From Candidatus Marinacidobacterales bacterium (GTDB lineage Bacteria > Acidobacteriota > Vicinamibacteria > Marinacidobacterales > DATDRI01): a stretch of 64,000 nt of DNA. A program made the position numbers and the translations under genes. The notes under the pieces were generated by a model that ran no database searches, was not told the origin of the DNA, and worked only from the letters and a program-made list of their open reading frames with translations. This document shows, piece after piece, positions 44,411-54,174 of this stretch. Position 1 is the stretch's first letter; every line of letters starts with the position of its first letter. Location of the stretch: the NCBI GenBank assembly GCA_965219415.1, contig OZ244742.1:384001-448000 (forward strand). Direction: 5' to 3'.

Positions 44411-46660
44411 TCAGCGAACGGCGGATGCCGCCGGTACTTCGAGGGAGATCGTCGTGCCGGGATAGTAATGAGCCAGGATCTCTCTGTAGTCACCGCCCGC
44501 GGCGGCCATTCCGTAGGCGCCAACCTGACAAAGACCTACACCGTGTCCCCATCCGCGCCCGGTGAAGACCCAGGCCGCGACCTGCGAATCCGGCCCTAGC
44601 TGGCGATCCACGAAAAACAAGTTCTCGCGGATGCCTAAGCCCCGGCGGATGCCCAAGCCGGTCAATACGGTAGAGCCTTCTGCACCGACGACCTCGAGCT
44701 CAGCCACTCGGCCCGAACGACCGTATCGCAAAGGCCTCAGGTCGGTGACTCTGCCCACCGGCGTTCGAGCGTTTACGTTCTCGGTGAGCTCCGTGCTCGT
44801 CTTCCGTACTACCCATCGGGAAAAGCGCGAAGAGCGATCAAAGCTCCCACCCCGCGAGAGCAAGACCAGGAGGTCGATGCCCTCTTCACCGTCGTGAAAC
44901 AGAATGCGGTCATCCGGCATGACCCACAGCTGCGGAGAAAAGTACGTCCAATCTCCTACTCGCCGAAACAAATAGCGTCGAGGGGCAAGCCCCAACAGTT
45001 CCTCCGAATCGTCCACCTCTAATCGCATCTTATCGTCCTCGAGGCCGACGAAGCGGGCCGCACGCAAGAGGGGCTCACCGCGCCCGATAAGAAGCCGGTA
45101 GAGACTTTCCAACACCTCGCGCCGAGACAGCGCTCGTTGCGGATCCAAGCCCTCTTTGGGAGGCTGAACCACACCTTCTTCGATCCAGTGAGCGAGCATT
45201 CGCCGCTCTCCCTGAGAAAGGTGAGGAGCATCTGCGGTGGGCACCAAACGGTCGGTATCCAAATTCGACAATAGGAAAGGAAGTCGACCCTCCCAACAGA
45301 GAGCGTCCGCCAGTGAACGGGCGAAGTGGCCGGCGCTCACCTGTCCATTTCCTCCCGAAATCGCCCTGCATTGCTTTTGCCCCAAGCTCCTAAACGCACT
45401 CGCGGACCAGCGCGCGAACTCGCTCACCGTGACCGGCCGAGACACTTCCAGTGCCGCAAGCTCCTCCTCGGGTATCACACCCAGAGTTACCGCGCCGGCC
45501 AGCTCCGGGCTCAACGCCTTGGACACCGTGGCGCGAAGCTCGACGATGGGCGATTCCCGATAACACAGCCGGCTCACGAGATAGGGAAAGGAAGGACCGT
45601 CGAACACGTTCTCCACGTTTTCCGTTCGTCCACCGCAAGTCGACGTATACATTGCGTCCACCGGCTTTCCCTCATAGGTCAACAACTCGCCCCGCGTGGC
45701 GGCGACGGCCTCGTTGCTCATTCGCTGTTCGACTCCCGCACCTCGGTAAACCTGGCAGGCCGGCGTATCACATATGTCGAACCCCTCGGCCATAAACTGC
45801 CCACGGTGCTTCACCGCATACGTGCGAGCAGCGACAGCCTGCGCCTTGATGGCTTCGAGCTCAGGAAAGACCGCTGGCGATAGTTCCGCGGGAACGACAC
45901 CCTTCAAGTAATCCTCCAGGTTCAACTCGTTGATCACCGTGAAACGATTGGAGGCATTCACACGGATCTCGATCACTCCTCGGTACGGCGCCTCGTCCAC
46001 TTCGAGCCACGCGTCGGACGAGGCGGGCCAGGCCGTCAAGGACATCGCGCTGGTGTAAATTGGAGGAGACTCCGCGGGTCGCAGCACCAGGCGTCGCGGA
46101 CGATGGGAGCTCGAGGGTTCGGAGACGATTCGCAAACCCTCGTAGCCTCTTCGCGCCAGCTCCTCTTTTTCGGCCACTGCCCCCTGCTCGGTGCTCCAGC
46201 TGCCAACACGGACTGCGAACCTACCGCTACCCGCCTCCCGGGCTATGTCTCCCGAAGTCCCAGTCTCGTCTTCGATCGTTTGTAAGAGTTTCTGTGCCCG
46301 TTCGCGGTCCGGTGACGATGCAATCTGGATACGGAAAACGACTCCTTCGGCACCCACTAACGCTTCCCTCTCCACAAGCAGGTCGTGTGTCCGTATCTTC
46401 TCGTCCCCGGCGAATAGGACGAAGGCTTGCGGCGCAGTCAATCGAACCACCTCGGCTCGCGTAGTGAGCCCGACGCGGATCCGGGGTCGAGGCGCCAAGT
46501 GGTCGATAGGAATTGGTGGCGAGAGGACGTCGGTCTCGACCGGACCAGCTGGAACTGTGGCAACCGCGGGAACTGTGTTTGGGGGTGGCGCGGGTGGAGG
46601 CGCTTTTCCACCACACGCGGAGACGACGAACAGCGAAAAGAGAACTGACTTGCGAGGCAC
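44411..46660 (-). CDS. SpoIID/LytB domain lipoprotein with a SPOR-like domain
   Basis: LEDYLKGVVPAE, KAQAVAARTY, CQVY, STCGG, GWGHGVGLCQ, ILAHYYPG; SPOR-like FAVRVGSW; lipobox VVSA-C; start 46660 or 46693. Confidence 0.9.
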   Translation of the reverse strand: MPRKSVLFSLFVVSACGGKAPPPAPPPNTVPAVATVPAGPVETDVLSPPIPIDHLAPRPRIRVGLTTRAEVVRLTAPQAFVLFAGDEKIRTHDLLVEREALVGAEGVVFRIQIASSPDRERAQKLLQTIEDETGTSGDIAREAGSGRFAVRVGSWSTEQGAVAEKEELARRGYEGLRIVSEPSSSHRPRRLVLRPAESPPIYTSAMSLTAWPASSDAWLEVDEAPYRGVIEIRVNASNRFTVINELNLEDYLKGVVPAELSPAVFPELEAIKAQAVAARTYAVKHRGQFMAEGFDICDTPACQVYRGAGVEQRMSNEAVAATRGELLTYEGKPVDAMYTSTCGGRTENVENVFDGPSFPYLVSRLCYRESPIVELRATVSKALSPELAGAVTLGVIPEEELAALEVSRPVTVSEFARWSASAFRSLGQKQCRAISGGNGQVSAGHFARSLADALCWEGRLPFLLSNLDTDRLVPTADAPHLSQGERRMLAHWIEEGVVQPPKEGLDPQRALSRREVLESLYRLLIGRGEPLLRAARFVGLEDDKMRLEVDDSEELLGLAPRRYLFRRVGDWTYFSPQLWVMPDDRILFHDGEEGIDLLVLLSRGGSFDRSSRFSRWVVRKTSTELTENVNARTPVGRVTDLRPLRYGRSGRVAELEVVGAEGSTVLTGLGIRRGLGIRENLFFVDRQLGPDSQVAAWVFTGRGWGHGVGLCQVGAYGMAAAGGDYREILAHYYPGTTISLEVPAASAVR

Positions 46661-47859
46661 TAGAAAAGATCGTAAGGGCGCTCGTTGTACCAAAATACCA
46701 GAACGAACTCGAAGCGATCGTCAGGATAGTCGGGAGGCAGCGGCTTCAGATCGGCCGCGCGGAGCGCCCCCACCGCGATGTTGTCGAATCCAGCCGTCCC
46801 GGAAGGGACCATGACTTGGAGCCCATCGATGTCACCGTTGCGAACCACCGAGACCGCCACCGCGACGTGACCGTGGCGCCAAGCGACCACTGAGGGCATC
46901 CCAGCCATCCAGTGGCGACGCACGTCCGTCAACATGCGACGAAGCCAAGGAATGAAATCAGCGCCTTTATCGTCGTAGTAAAGGGTATTGTCTCGTCCAG
47001 TAACTAACCCGCCTTCCGGGTTGTGAAACTGCTTACCTTGCATGAAGCGACGAATGTCTTCGAACTGCCCGCCGCCGCCGTCCTCACCCAGATCGCCGTT
47101 GCCGCCGGCCGGGGGAAGTGGTGTTGGTAGCTCGGGCGCAAGCCGCGGCCGCGTAAACGAGAACCCGCCTTTCGGAAGCAGATCGGCAAGTTTCGTTTCG
47201 GTTTGCTCGTCCCCTTCTCCCTCGCCCTCAGGAGCGTCTGGCTCTCCCTCATCACCCTTTTCACCGGGATCCTCGAGCTCTTTATCGGTGTAGAACTCGT
47301 CGGCATTTCCCTCCGAGAAGGGCAGATCGGTTTGGAAATCCTGCCGTTTGTCGGGCGGCGCGGGCTTCGTCGCTTTGGGAATCATCATCCGATTGGGATT
47401 CTGAGACTGTGGAGGAGGGGGAAGCGCGGGAACTACGAGCGGCGAAGCAGGAGCGGGAGCAGGCGGCTCCATGAACAAGACCAAGCGCTCCTTTTCCTTT
47501 TCATGCATGTTGAGCGCACGATCGGAAGGAGCCAACAAATCGGGTTTGACGATCACGATGATGAAGATGATCAAATGGAGAATCGTCGAGGCCAGAAATC
47601 CTTCTCGACGGATACTGCTGAGTGCGATGCCTCCCGGAACCGGAAGCTCCACGCTGCCGCCATCGGCGGGCCCAAGAAGTCCTGGGAAAAGAAACTGCTC
47701 GCGATCGGCAAGAGGGATGAAGGCCTCGAACCCGAGTCCCTGTTGAGGAGCGGCCTCTACCTCGGCGAGACTCTTGCGGCGTCTTCTCTTCGGGGCAACC
47801 GGCGAACCGCGACGGACACCGGCGAGCTGTCTCCCATGTCCATACCCGGTGCGGTGCAA
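46660..47859 (-). CDS. TonB/TolA family energy transducer
   Basis: TM with S-x-x-x-H (STILH), Pro/acidic linker, TonB_C-like PSGTAGFDNIAVGAL...PLPPDY; start uncertain. Confidence 0.8.
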   Translation of the reverse strand: MHRTGYGHGRQLAGVRRGSPVAPKRRRRKSLAEVEAAPQQGLGFEAFIPLADREQFLFPGLLGPADGGSVELPVPGGIALSSIRREGFLASTILHLIIFIIVIVKPDLLAPSDRALNMHEKEKERLVLFMEPPAPAPASPLVVPALPPPPQSQNPNRMMIPKATKPAPPDKRQDFQTDLPFSEGNADEFYTDKELEDPGEKGDEGEPDAPEGEGEGDEQTETKLADLLPKGGFSFTRPRLAPELPTPLPPAGGNGDLGEDGGGGQFEDIRRFMQGKQFHNPEGGLVTGRDNTLYYDDKGADFIPWLRRMLTDVRRHWMAGMPSVVAWRHGHVAVAVSVVRNGDIDGLQVMVPSGTAGFDNIAVGALRAADLKPLPPDYPDDRFEFVLVFWYNERPYDLF

Positions 47860-47915
47860 TGGCGTGTCTCGCGTGGCCCTATCGCTCGAAGTGCCTGCAT
47901 GTGAGGGCCCTCTGG

Positions 47916-47944
47916 ATTATAGCCAGCAGTGGCTGCCTGGCCAA
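47916..47944 (-). promoter_or_regulatory. candidate sigma-70 promoter for the TonB-like gene
   Basis: Minus strand TTGGCC-N17-TATAAT in the intergenic gap. Confidence 0.5.
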
Positions 47945-47964
47945 GTCGATGGCCAGCGAGGTTC

Positions 47965-48930
47965 TTAAGGGGCGCCGCCTTCCGCCATCGCCTCCATTAC
48001 ACGGTGCGCCAACCGAAGTGCCTTCAGCCCGTCCGCTCCGGAAATGCGGGGCGTGCCGCCCGCAATCACCGCCTCTAGAAAATCTTCCAATTCTCGTTTG
48101 AGTGGCTCCTGGCTCTCGGATGGAAGCTTCTGCCGAACAACTTGGGGCCTCCCCTGGCCCTTCTCCAACCGGTAGGACCAGGCTTCCTGAGCCAAATAGT
48201 CCAACGACACGTAGCTCTCCCGCTCCCAGACCCGCAACTTTCGCATCTTTTCTTGAGATATGCGGCTAGCGGTCAAGTTTGCGACACAGCCGGACTCGAA
48301 ACGCACGCGGGCGTTGGCGATATCCGCCTTTTCCGTCAAGACCGGCACCCCAACCGCCTCGACGTGTTCGACGTCAGATCCAACCAGCGCGCCGACGACG
48401 TCGAGATCGTGGATCATCAAATCCAATACCACGTCGATGTCCAAGCTTCGCGGGTTGAAAGATGCGAGGCGATGGACTTCGATGAAGCGGGGGTCCTTGC
48501 AATAGCCGAGAAGCGCCTCCACCGCGGGGTTGTATCGCTCGGTGTGACCGACCCCGAGGATCCTTTGGTTCTCCCGGGCCGCGTCCAACATCTCTTCCGC
48601 CTCATCCAATGCCGCGGCCATCGGCTTTTCGACCAAGACGTCTACCCCCGCCTTCATGATGTCGACCGCGACTTCATGGTGGGTGACCGTCGGCACGGTA
48701 ACACTTGCGGCTCGGACGCGGGGAAGAAGCTCGCGGTAGTCGGTGGTTGCGGCTACTCCGAACTTATCGGCCACCGATCGGGCTCTATCGAGATCTAGAT
48801 CTGCCACACCCACGAGCTCGGCTCGAGGCAGATCCGCATAGACGCGGGCGTGACGACTTCCCAAAGCGCCCACCCCGACGACAGCTACCGGGACCGGACT
48901 CTCCCCGTCCAGCTCGCTGCTTCGACTCAC
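47965..48930 (-). CDS. Gfo/Idh/MocA oxidoreductase, GnnA-like
   Basis: GVGALG, VEKP, GHTERYNPA, DLMIHD, DIANAR, LTASRIS; GTG 48930, just after lpxI. Confidence 0.88.
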   Translation of the reverse strand: MSRSSELDGESPVPVAVVGVGALGSRHARVYADLPRAELVGVADLDLDRARSVADKFGVAATTDYRELLPRVRAASVTVPTVTHHEVAVDIMKAGVDVLVEKPMAAALDEAEEMLDAARENQRILGVGHTERYNPAVEALLGYCKDPRFIEVHRLASFNPRSLDIDVVLDLMIHDLDVVGALVGSDVEHVEAVGVPVLTEKADIANARVRFESGCVANLTASRISQEKMRKLRVWERESYVSLDYLAQEAWSYRLEKGQGRPQVVRQKLPSESQEPLKRELEDFLEAVIAGGTPRISGADGLKALRLAHRVMEAMAEGGAP

Positions 48931-48937
48931 TGGCGGC

Positions 48938-49783
48938 CTACACCGCTCCGACAACGACGATCTTGGCGTCGTTGGCCTTTTCCAGCAGCGTTTCTCGCTC
49001 CAACAACAGACTCTTCTCGGCCTGCAGCGCCAGCACTGCGCAGCCGACATCGGCCATGACTTCTATGGTCCGTGGACCCACTACCGGCACGTCGAACCGC
49101 ATGTCCTGCGAGGGTCGAGCCACCTTCGCCACCGTCAAACCGCCAGCAACGATGCCGCCCGCCCGCCGGATGGTCTCGTCGGTTCCCTCCATCGCCTCCA
49201 CCGCTACCACCGCCCCGCTTTTGACGACCACCGTTTGCCCGATATCGAGTCGCGTTATCTCGCGAGCCGTTCGCAAACCGAACGCGATGTCTTTTTTCTC
49301 TTCCGAGCTTGGCTTTCGCTTTCCCAAGACTCCCTCCGTCGCAACCAAGGAACGCAGGAGCGAAGTCGAGTCCAACAAATGAATGCCTTCCTCCGCCAGC
49401 ACATCCGCCACCGCACCGAGTATCGCATCGGTGTTTCGAGACTTCATTCGCGACAAGACTCGAAGCAGCCCCGGATCGGGCCGGAGTGAGCGAAAAATCT
49501 TCTTGTGCTTGACCTGCCCAGCCATGATCGCCCGACTCACGCCCGCTTTCTTGAATAGCTTGATGCAGCGGCTGACCTCCCCGAGACCGATCCAATGCAC
49601 GGTGACTCCTCGGTCCTCGATACGGGAGTCCGTCTCCCCCTCGATGGCAAGCGCGATGACCTCGACGCCGCGCCGACGCGCCTCGTCTAGGACGAGTAAT
49701 GGGAACTCCCCATTGCCTGCGATGAGACCGAGCGCGCTGTTAGGGGGTATCGGTTGGCTATCGGCGGGCTCGGAAGAGCTCAA
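48938..49783 (-). CDS. lpxI: UDP-2,3-diacylglucosamine diphosphatase LpxI
   Basis: LIAGNGEFP, DIGQTVVV, VEAMEGTD, QDMRFDVPVVG. Confidence 0.93.
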   Translation of the reverse strand: MSSSEPADSQPIPPNSALGLIAGNGEFPLLVLDEARRRGVEVIALAIEGETDSRIEDRGVTVHWIGLGEVSRCIKLFKKAGVSRAIMAGQVKHKKIFRSLRPDPGLLRVLSRMKSRNTDAILGAVADVLAEEGIHLLDSTSLLRSLVATEGVLGKRKPSSEEKKDIAFGLRTAREITRLDIGQTVVVKSGAVVAVEAMEGTDETIRRAGGIVAGGLTVAKVARPSQDMRFDVPVVGPRTIEVMADVGCAVLALQAEKSLLLERETLLEKANDAKIVVVGAV

Positions 49784-50595
49784 ACCGGCTCGCCCCGCTC
49801 TCGGCCACGCTTGATCACTACCCCCCTCTTGGAGGAGCGGATGAAGTCCACCAGGAGGCGGACGTCCTCGTTCGCCAATTCCCCTTCGAGGCGACCGAGG
49901 GCCTGCGAGACGTTGAGCTTCGACTGCTGCAGGATGCGAAACGCGTGACGGAGACCGGAGATGCGTTCTCGAGAGAATTGACGCCGCGCCAAACCGACGG
50001 TGTTGATTCCGTACAGACGGGCGCGGTTACCGACCGTTCGCGAAAACGGCAACACGTCTTGAGTCACAACGGTGTAACCGCCGACGAAGGCATAGGGACC
50101 GACGCGACAAAACTGATGGACCCCGCTGTAGGCACCGATGGTCGCGTGATCTTCAACGAGCACGTGACCGGCCAGTGTCGCACCATTCGCAAAGACGGTG
50201 GAATTGCCGATGATGCAATCGTGGGCGATATGAGTGTAGGCCATGAAAAGGTTGGAGTCACCAATCACAGTACGCCCACCACCCCCGATGGTTCCACGAT
50301 GAATGGTTACGAACTCGCGGAAGACGTTATCGTCGCCGATCTCGAGTGTGGATTTTTCACCTCGGAACTTCAGGTCCTGGGGTTCCAAGCCAACCGACGC
50401 AAACGGGAACACCCGACAACGCTCCCCGATGGTGGTATAGCCGTCGACGACCGAGTTTACTTCCACCACGGTGTCCCGGCCGATGGTAACGTGCTCTCCG
50501 ACCACGGCGTAGGCACCAATACGCACTCCGTCCGCCAGTCGAGTCCCCGGTTGCACGATCGCCGTAGGATGACACTCTACGGTCGCGGCTTTCAT
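49780..50595 (-). CDS. lpxA: UDP-GlcNAc acyltransferase
   Basis: Hexapeptide repeats, [31 protein letters not shown]. Confidence 0.96.
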   Translation of the reverse strand: MKAATVECHPTAIVQPGTRLADGVRIGAYAVVGEHVTIGRDTVVEVNSVVDGYTTIGERCRVFPFASVGLEPQDLKFRGEKSTLEIGDDNVFREFVTIHRGTIGGGGRTVIGDSNLFMAYTHIAHDCIIGNSTVFANGATLAGHVLVEDHATIGAYSGVHQFCRVGPYAFVGGYTVVTQDVLPFSRTVGNRARLYGINTVGLARRQFSRERISGLRHAFRILQQSKLNVSQALGRLEGELANEDVRLLVDFIRSSKRGVVIKRGRERGEPV

Positions 50596-51032
50596 GCGGG
50601 ATCCACTCCGGTCAGCGTTAGCTCGGCCTCCGCGGCGAGTTGTCCATCGACCTCGGCGCGGCCAGCCAATTTGCGAAAATTACCGCGGGCCTTGCTCACG
50701 CTGACTTCAATGGTGAGCTGATCTCCTGGAACGACCGTACGTCGGAACTTGGCGTTATCGACTCCCACGAGGTAGAAGGTTTTCCCCGCTGCGCTACCGT
50801 CCTCGGGCAGAACCAAGATCCCACCCGCCTGAGCCATCGCCTCCAATATGAGAACGCCTGGCATCAAAGGTAGGCCCGGGAAGTGCCCTTGGAAAAATTC
50901 CTCGTTAACGGTGACGTTCTTGAGGGCGACGATGCGACGGCCGGGATCGAGCTCGAGCACTCGATCCACGAGCAGAAAAGGGTAGCGGTGTGGAAGCCGC
51001 TCCATGATCTGCTGAATTTCGAGCCGGGGCAC
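50592..51032 (-). CDS. fabZ: 3-hydroxyacyl-ACP dehydratase
   Basis: [30 protein letters not shown]. Confidence 0.96.
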   Translation of the reverse strand: MPRLEIQQIMERLPHRYPFLLVDRVLELDPGRRIVALKNVTVNEEFFQGHFPGLPLMPGVLILEAMAQAGGILVLPEDGSAAGKTFYLVGVDNAKFRRTVVPGDQLTIEVSVSKARGNFRKLAGRAEVDGQLAAEAELTLTGVDPA

Positions 51033-51054
51033 GACGGAGAACTCCTGACGAGCT

Positions 51055-51657
51055 CTAGTTCTGCGGCGGATCCAACGGAGGGAGGGGGGTTTCCGTTCCT
51101 GCGTCAGCCCCTGTCGGCGCCGCGGCGTCAGCCGGTGGCTCGGAATTCAAGCGCTGAATGACCATCGGGGTCAGGTCGAGGCTTGGATCGAGAACAAAGG
51201 TGAGTCCAGGTGTGGAACGGAAGATCAGGCCAATGCCTGCCTCCCGCGCAACCACCTCCACGATCGGACCGAGCTTCGCCTGGAACGCGGCTTCCTCCTG
51301 TTGCTGTTTTTCTTGGAACTCACGTTGCGCGTCCTCCAACCAACGCGTGGCATCGGTACGCTTTCGCTCGATCTCGCGCTGCAGCCGCGCCTTGGCGTCC
51401 TGGGAAAGAACATCCGAAGCCGCCTTGGTCTGCAGGTCCCGAATCTCCTGCTCCCTTTGTTGACGTTCACTCGCCAACTTGTCGTTCTCCAACTTGAGCT
51501 TCTCGAAAAGCTCCTTGCCGGGGTTCGATTCTTGCGCAACTCGATCGATATCGATAACGGCGATCTTCACTTGGGGGGTAGAACCGACTTGTCCTGCACT
51601 CACAGCGGGCAAGGCGGCAACGAAGGCGGCCCCCATGGCAAACGATATGAACTTCAT
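51055..51657 (-). CDS. skp: Skp/OmpH periplasmic chaperone
   Basis: Signal peptide, KIAVIDI, coiled coil, DLTPMVI; downstream of bamA. Confidence 0.9.
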   Translation of the reverse strand: MKFISFAMGAAFVAALPAVSAGQVGSTPQVKIAVIDIDRVAQESNPGKELFEKLKLENDKLASERQQREQEIRDLQTKAASDVLSQDAKARLQREIERKRTDATRWLEDAQREFQEKQQQEEAAFQAKLGPIVEVVAREAGIGLIFRSTPGLTFVLDPSLDLTPMVIQRLNSEPPADAAAPTGADAGTETPLPPLDPPQN

Positions 51658-51758
51658 AGCAACTCCTTTTAACATGACTTCTTGTACTCCTTACGAATGA
51701 TCTGTCCGGCTCGCCAGCGACTGACTTCGATGTCCGTCGAAGTGGAAGCACCCCGGCA

Positions 51759-54155
51759 TCAGAACGTCGAGCCGATGCCAAAACGGAACGCAGTGGACGG
51801 CTGAAAGAACCGCTCCGAGTTCGGATTGTAAGCGAAAATCAACCGAAAAGGCACGTTGAGCATTGGGACCAGGAAACGCATCTCCGCTCCAGTTGAAGTA
51901 GCAAGCTCATTGAACATCGAGAACCTTAGCGGGTCTTCATCGCTGAAGGTCTGACCGGCATCGAAGAATAACACTGCTCGCAGCGGTCCCGCCAGCGGAA
52001 TATAGTACTCCATGTTGAACAACATCATCCTGGTGCCACCGATCAAAACGGTGACCCCGTCGTCTCTAGCGAGCCGCGGCCCCAGCGACCGGATGTCGTA
52101 CCCTCGGATCTGGTTCTCGCCTCCCATGAAGAATCGCTCGAAAATTGGTACGCCGTCGATGGTGCCACTTCCCGGCACATCGGTACCGAAGCCCTGCAGC
52201 CATGAGGCCATGGCTCGAAAACCGAAATTTGTCCGGCGGGTAATGGGAACATACCAAATACCCTCGACCGTCGGCTTATAGTAGTTGACGGTTCCCCCCA
52301 AGGGTCCTCCGGCGAATGCGAAGCTGGTCGTATAACGCTTCCCTTTGTGCGGAAACATGGGGTTGTCGACGGTATTGAGGACGTAGGTCGGCGTGATTCG
52401 GCTCTGATTGAACTTGCCGAAAGCGCCAAAGAACGGGTTAAAGAGGCCGCCACCGCCAAGACCTCCACCGAGGAACGGGTCGAAGAACGGATTATTGTTG
52501 AACAGATCCGTGTCCGGCTCGGCGGTCTCGATGACCGTGTAGCCGTAATTCACAAAGAACCGCGAGAACCGCTTTAACGGCATCCCCCAAGTGAAATTCG
52601 CCCCCGTATCCTTTTGCGTGAACTGAGGCAATCTTATCGTGCGTTTGAACACGCTGAAACCCACGGTGATCGGCTTGTCGAGAAACCACGGCTCCTGGAG
52701 AGAGATCTGGAAATTCTGGGTCCGGCTCCCTGTTTGAACCGCGAAAGAAGCGGTCTCTCCTCGGCCAAGAAAGTTGGAGGTGGAGAAGGACACGTTGATG
52801 AACGCGCCCTCCAAACCCGACACGCCGCCACCGAACGTGAACTGGTTTCGGTTTTGCTCCAGCACCGGGAGAACGATGTTCAGTTTAGTGTCTTCCCCCG
52901 GAACCGGTTCGATCTGGGGCCCCTCGATAGGCTGAAAGTAGCCGAGCTGATTGATCCGTTGAATGGATAGCTTGAGCAGTTCCATGTTCATAACATCCTG
53001 CTCGTTGATCCAAACCTCGCGCCGGATCACTTTGTCGCGGGTTGTGGTATTGCCTTCGAACTCGATGCGATTCACGAAGTATTGCTTGTCTTCCTGCAAG
53101 TTGATGGTGACGTCCACGAGGTTGGAGCCCACCTGAGGCCGTTTGACGGGAAACCCGGTGAACTGAACGTAGCCCCGGGCGCCATAGAGCTCTCGCAATT
53201 TCTCCATTCCTTTGACGATCGTGGACTCGTTGTAGATTTCACCCGGTTGCAGGTTGAAGAAAGCCTTCACGAACGTCTCGGGGAACACCGTCGCCCCATC
53301 GACGCTGACCTCACCCACGCGGTATTGCCTGCCCTCCGAGACGGGAATGTTGATAGTGACAAACCGCTTCGGTTTGCTCCAGAACATGAATCGCGAATTA
53401 CCGTCTTCGTAAACAATCTCCGGCTCGCCGAAGCTGACGTCCACGAAACCCTCGTTGAGGTAGAGCTCCCGCAGGCTCTCGACGTCCTCCGCGAACTTCT
53501 CATCGGTGAACAAACTGCCACCTTGAAGAAACGCCAAGAGGTGACTCTCCTTGGTCTTCTTCATGCCCCACTTGAGCTGCCATTGGGAGAATTCTTCTGC
53601 TCCTACGAAGTTGACACTCTTGATGGTGAGCTTTCGCTCGTCGTTTATGTTGAACGCCACTTGGACACCGGTCTCCACGTTGATCACGGTGCTGGAGACT
53701 TCGCCGTTGGGAAGTCCCTTGTCGTTCAACATCTGTCGGATGATCTTCTCCACCCTAACCACCTGGGCGGGGTCGTAGAACGAGTCCATCTTGATCTCGG
53801 CGTCTTCCTCTTTGAGCTTTTCCTCGATGTCGCTTCCGCTGAGAGACTTTGATCCAACGTACTCGATAGTGCGGACGCGCTCGCGCTCACTGACGGTAAA
53901 CTTCAAGATCTGACCCCGCTCGCCGTCGCGGGTTTCCAACGTGAGGTCATCCAGAAAGCCCGTATCCCAGAGTCGCTGGAAATCGGCGAGCGCTTTCTCT
54001 TCGTCATAGGAGTCGCCGACCTTGGAGTTGATGTGGAAGAGGTAGGTACCGGCGTCGACAGAGCGGTTCCCTACGATCTCTATTCCTTCGATGATTTCAC
54101 CCTGCGCGAAGAGCAACGCAGGAAGGAGCAGGCTGGCCACGAGGGTTGCCAGCAC
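51759..54155 (-). CDS. bamA: outer membrane protein assembly factor BamA
   Basis: POTRA repeats, GNTTTRDKVIRRE, IRGY, terminal Phe; start approximate. Confidence 0.95.
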   Translation of the reverse strand: MLATLVASLLLPALLFAQGEIIEGIEIVGNRSVDAGTYLFHINSKVGDSYDEEKALADFQRLWDTGFLDDLTLETRDGERGQILKFTVSERERVRTIEYVGSKSLSGSDIEEKLKEEDAEIKMDSFYDPAQVVRVEKIIRQMLNDKGLPNGEVSSTVINVETGVQVAFNINDERKLTIKSVNFVGAEEFSQWQLKWGMKKTKESHLLAFLQGGSLFTDEKFAEDVESLRELYLNEGFVDVSFGEPEIVYEDGNSRFMFWSKPKRFVTINIPVSEGRQYRVGEVSVDGATVFPETFVKAFFNLQPGEIYNESTIVKGMEKLRELYGARGYVQFTGFPVKRPQVGSNLVDVTINLQEDKQYFVNRIEFEGNTTTRDKVIRREVWINEQDVMNMELLKLSIQRINQLGYFQPIEGPQIEPVPGEDTKLNIVLPVLEQNRNQFTFGGGVSGLEGAFINVSFSTSNFLGRGETASFAVQTGSRTQNFQISLQEPWFLDKPITVGFSVFKRTIRLPQFTQKDTGANFTWGMPLKRFSRFFVNYGYTVIETAEPDTDLFNNNPFFDPFLGGGLGGGGLFNPFFGAFGKFNQSRITPTYVLNTVDNPMFPHKGKRYTTSFAFAGGPLGGTVNYYKPTVEGIWYVPITRRTNFGFRAMASWLQGFGTDVPGSGTIDGVPIFERFFMGGENQIRGYDIRSLGPRLARDDGVTVLIGGTRMMLFNMEYYIPLAGPLRAVLFFDAGQTFSDEDPLRFSMFNELATSTGAEMRFLVPMLNVPFRLIFAYNPNSERFFQPSTAFRFGIGSTF

Positions 54156-54174
54156 ACGCGAACCCGTCAGGTGT

